The position numbers were made by a program, and so were the translations under genes. Of a stretch of DNA of 64,000 bases, positions 61,210 to 64,000 are shown one piece after another. Position 1 is the first letter of the stretch; every line of letters begins with the position of its first letter. The notes under the pieces were generated by a model. The model saw only the letters and a list, made by a program, of their open reading frames with translations, searched no databases and was not told where the DNA came from. This DNA is from Nitrosopumilus sp. (lineage in GTDB: Archaea > Thermoproteota > Nitrososphaeria > Nitrososphaerales > Nitrosopumilaceae), in the NCBI GenBank assembly GCA_965205425.1, contig CBDBGZ010000009.1, forward strand, positions 1,024,001 to 1,088,000. Reading direction: 5' to 3'.

Positions 61210-61422
61210 TTATTTTCTAGATCTTCTTTTAGCATTAGCTGCTTGTCGTTCTTTTCTTTCTTTGTAAGTGCTGTATACAAAAATAATGATGATTCCTGCA
61301 ATAGCAGCATAAAATAATGGAATAAGTGGAGGATCACGGAATTCTCCAGATGATGGTTCAACAAATGCAATTGGTATAGTCACAACCATAAAAATCAAAA
61401 CTACTAGTAGATATTTATCCAT
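61210..61422 (-). CDS. Small membrane protein
   Basis: Two TM helices and a basic tail. Confidence 0.65.
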   Translation of the reverse strand: MDKYLLVVLIFMVVTIPIAFVEPSSGEFRDPPLIPLFYAAIAGIIIIFVYSTYKERKERQAANAKRRSRK

Positions 61423-61480
61423 AAAATGATTGTTTTACAAAACCATATATCTTTTTGATTTTACAAAGTAAGCATAGAAA

Positions 61481-61669
61481 ATGGTCAAAATGCTAGAAAT
61501 GATAGGAATAGTTCTTGTTGCAATTATGACATTAGGGTTTGTAGGATTATTTCAGCCATATGGGATAAAAAATGGAACTTCAGAATTATTTTGGGGATGT
61601 GCAGGTGCCACACTTATGATAATCATCTATAGAAAGATGAAGGACAAACGTGAAGAAAAAGAAAATTAG
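61481..61669 (+). CDS. Small membrane protein
   Basis: Two TM helices and a charged tail. Confidence 0.6.
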   Translation: MVKMLEMIGIVLVAIMTLGFVGLFQPYGIKNGTSELFWGCAGATLMIIIYRKMKDKREEKEN

Positions 61670-61868
61670 AAAATTTTTTAGAATTTGTTAGCGATTGATC
61701 AATTATCAATCAACCGGCAGATCTATAAAGGACAATTCCAAGTAATTGATGAGGGGAGTATTTGACAGAACAAACTAAACAATGGTGGGAAGGTCTAGGA
61801 AAAGAACTAGAAACAGATATTGAAACCTTCGAAGAATCAATTTAATTATTATATCAAAAAATTTAACA

Positions 61869-61942
61869 AGCCTTGAACGGGGTACGAACCCGCGACCTAA
61901 CGCTTACGAGGCGTTCGCTCTACCAGGCTGAGCTACCAAGGC
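61869..61942 (-). tRNA. tRNA-Thr(CGT)
   Basis: GCCTTGG/TCAAGGC acceptor; AACGC-CTCGTAA-GCGTT; GGGTTCGTACCCC. Confidence 0.95.
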
Positions 61943-61995
61943 ACGTTTGGATAAATCCATCAGAGTTAATAAAAAGCCTTTCCGAAATGGACTAA

Positions 61996-63294
61996 TTGAA
62001 AAAAACAATTTCTGGAATTAGAGGAATATTTGGAAAGGATCTTAACCTAAAAGACATACTAGAATTTAGTAATAATTTTTCATCATTAATCAAATCTCAA
62101 AAATGTGTGATTGGTAAAGATACTAGACCATCTGGACAAATGGTAAAAGATACCGCAAGTGCTTCATTAATGAAAAATGGAATAGATGTTTTCAATTTGG
62201 GAACAGTACCAACACCTGTAGTTTTTAGAGAAGCAAGAAATTATGGTGCAGGGTTGGTAATTTCGTCATCCCACAATCCATTAGAATGGAATGGAATGAA
62301 GTTCATTATTGAAGGAAGAGGAATTAATGAATCAGAACTTCCTAAAATAATCAACCACCAAGAAAGATTAGAAACAAGGATTGGATCGGAGACTAATTTA
62401 TCAACGTCGTATATTGAAGATGCAAAAAAAATCATCGGGAATGTTGAAAATAAACCAGAAATAGTAGTAGATATTGGTGGAGGAGCAGCAAAGGGCTTTG
62501 CTCCAGAATTATTAACTCAAATTGGATGTAGAGTCAAAATATTAAACGAAGATCTCTCGAGATGTACTAGAGGGCCAGACCCAACATCAGATAATTTATC
62601 AGAATTGATTACTTCAACTGTCAAAAAAGAGATCGGATTTGCTTTTGATTTAGATGGAGATCGATTAGTTGTAGTAAGGAATGGTAAAAAACAAACTCCC
62701 GATGTTACACTTGGATTAGGAGTAGCAAAATCTATCGAATTGGGTTACAAGAATTTTATTCTAAGTATTGATTCAAGTGTTTCAATTGAAAAGTTCATCA
62801 AAGAAAAAGGTGGAACCGTTCAGAGATCTAAAGTGGGAGAAGCAAATGTGATTGATCTTATGTTAAAAAATAATGCACAAGCTGGAGGGGAAGGTAGTAG
62901 TGGAGGTTTTATTTTACCAAAATTCAATTATTGTAGAGAAGGGATTCTAACTAGTGGTCTCATTGCATCGATGCTTGGCACTTTAGAGTTTAATGAAATT
63001 TTAAACTATATGGAAAGTTTTAACCAAATTAGAGATAAAATAAAAGTTAATTCAGATTTTCATGATAAAATAATTGAAGAAATAAAATCTAAATTTTCAA
63101 AAAATTATTCTGAAACAATTTCATTAGATGGAATTAAAGGAATTATAGATGAAGATAGTTGGGTATTGATCAGAAAATCAAATACAGAGGACATCATTAG
63201 AGTTTCAGCAGAATCAAATAATATTGAAAAATGTAAAAAGATAGTCAAAGATACGTTAGAATTGGTGAATCAAAGTTATGAAAAAATTAGATGA
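61996..63294 (+). CDS. Phosphomannomutase / phosphoglucomutase
   Basis: SSHNP, FDLDGDR, GGEGS, RKSNTE. Confidence 0.92.
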   Translation: MKKTISGIRGIFGKDLNLKDILEFSNNFSSLIKSQKCVIGKDTRPSGQMVKDTASASLMKNGIDVFNLGTVPTPVVFREARNYGAGLVISSSHNPLEWNGMKFIIEGRGINESELPKIINHQERLETRIGSETNLSTSYIEDAKKIIGNVENKPEIVVDIGGGAAKGFAPELLTQIGCRVKILNEDLSRCTRGPDPTSDNLSELITSTVKKEIGFAFDLDGDRLVVVRNGKKQTPDVTLGLGVAKSIELGYKNFILSIDSSVSIEKFIKEKGGTVQRSKVGEANVIDLMLKNNAQAGGEGSSGGFILPKFNYCREGILTSGLIASMLGTLEFNEILNYMESFNQIRDKIKVNSDFHDKIIEEIKSKFSKNYSETISLDGIKGIIDEDSWVLIRKSNTEDIIRVSAESNNIEKCKKIVKDTLELVNQSYEKIR

Positions 63295-64000
63295 ATCTTC
63301 AATAATTAAAATTTTTCAGAGAGGATTAGAGAAAAAAGATTCAGAAGATGTAGAAGTTTTGAACTTGGGGAAAATCAAAATTATAGCAAAAACAGACACT
63401 CTAGTGGAAAGTACAGATATTCCAACAAAAATGAAAATATCTGATGCCGCAAGAAAAAGCATAGTTGCATGTGTAAGTGATTTTGCTGCAAAAGGTGTCA
63501 AACCTAGTTTTGGAATAATCTCAGTTAATCTCCCAAAAACAATTTCACTCTCAAAAGTTAATGAAATTAATGTAGGTTTTAGAAAAGCATGTAGAGAATT
63601 TGATATTTCTATTCTGGGAGGAGATACAAATGAAGGTAAAGAAATAGTGTTCAACGTATGTCTCTTTGGTGAAGCAAATAGTATTGTTTCAAGAAAAGGT
63701 TCTAAGAAAGGAGATTTGATATTTGTAACTGGTCCATTTGGATATACTTCTGCTGGATTGAGTATGCTTTTAGATAAAAAGAAAGGAAGTAGTAGGTTTA
63801 TTGAAAAATCTATTAAATCAGTCACTAAGCCAAAACCCAGACTCGATTTTGGTTTAAAAAATAAAAAATATTTTTCATCATCAATGGATTCTAGTGATGG
63901 ATTATCTACTACCTTAAATGAAATGTCAAAACAAAGTAAAAACAAATTTGTAATAAATAAAAAGCCAGCTTTGAAAGATTTAGAAGAATTTGTAAAATCT
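63278..64000 (+). CDS. thiL: Thiamine-monophosphate kinase (3' end outside window)
   Basis: ATG at 63278; TDTLVESTD, VSDFAAKG, LGGDT, GDLIFVTG, MDSSDGL. Confidence 0.9.
   Translation, partial: MKKLDESSIIKIFQRGLEKKDSEDVEVLNLGKIKIIAKTDTLVESTDIPTKMKISDAARKSIVACVSDFAAKGVKPSFGIISVNLPKTISLSKVNEINVGFRKACREFDISILGGDTNEGKEIVFNVCLFGEANSIVSRKGSKKGDLIFVTGPFGYTSAGLSMLLDKKKGSSRFIEKSIKSVTKPKPRLDFGLKNKKYFSSSMDSSDGLSTTLNEMSKQSKNKFVINKKPALKDLEEFVKS

Noticed and set aside
63316..63945. 209-aa minus-strand ORF
   Set aside because: Antisense shadow of thiL

Overview
AT-rich archaeal chromosome segment. Gene content (NirK C-terminus, cupredoxins, histone, TopoVI, nurA-herA-mre11-rad50, NAD biosynthesis, rpoE/spt4, H+-PPase) fits a Nitrosopumilus-like ammonia-oxidising thaumarchaeon. 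Two accessory islands interrupt the housekeeping genes. Island 1 (~17.8-32.6 kb, between rpoE and apbC) holds a decayed provirus. Its major capsid protein aligns by eye, motif by motif, with the STIV-type double jelly-roll (DJR) MCP. It is followed by small membrane proteins, two proteins sharing a beta-rich domain (penton/spike candidates), a GIY-YIG nuclease and a viral paralogue of the host DUF5679 zinc-ribbon protein. Near the left edge are an odd long-variable-arm tRNA-like gene with an ACC anticodon and a 9-bp tandem repeat. The island is riddled with IS5, ISH3-like and IS630 elements and MITEs, some nested. Island 2 (~34.4-36.4 kb, with an IS1595 at 39.1-40.1 kb) is a small defence-like islet: a disrupted NDT-like gene and an RxxxxH HEPN-like gene. 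Also found: tRNA-Cys, tRNA-Thr, a C/D box sRNA, and a probable ATT start codon for uppS. All family calls come from motif recognition by eye; no database search was run.
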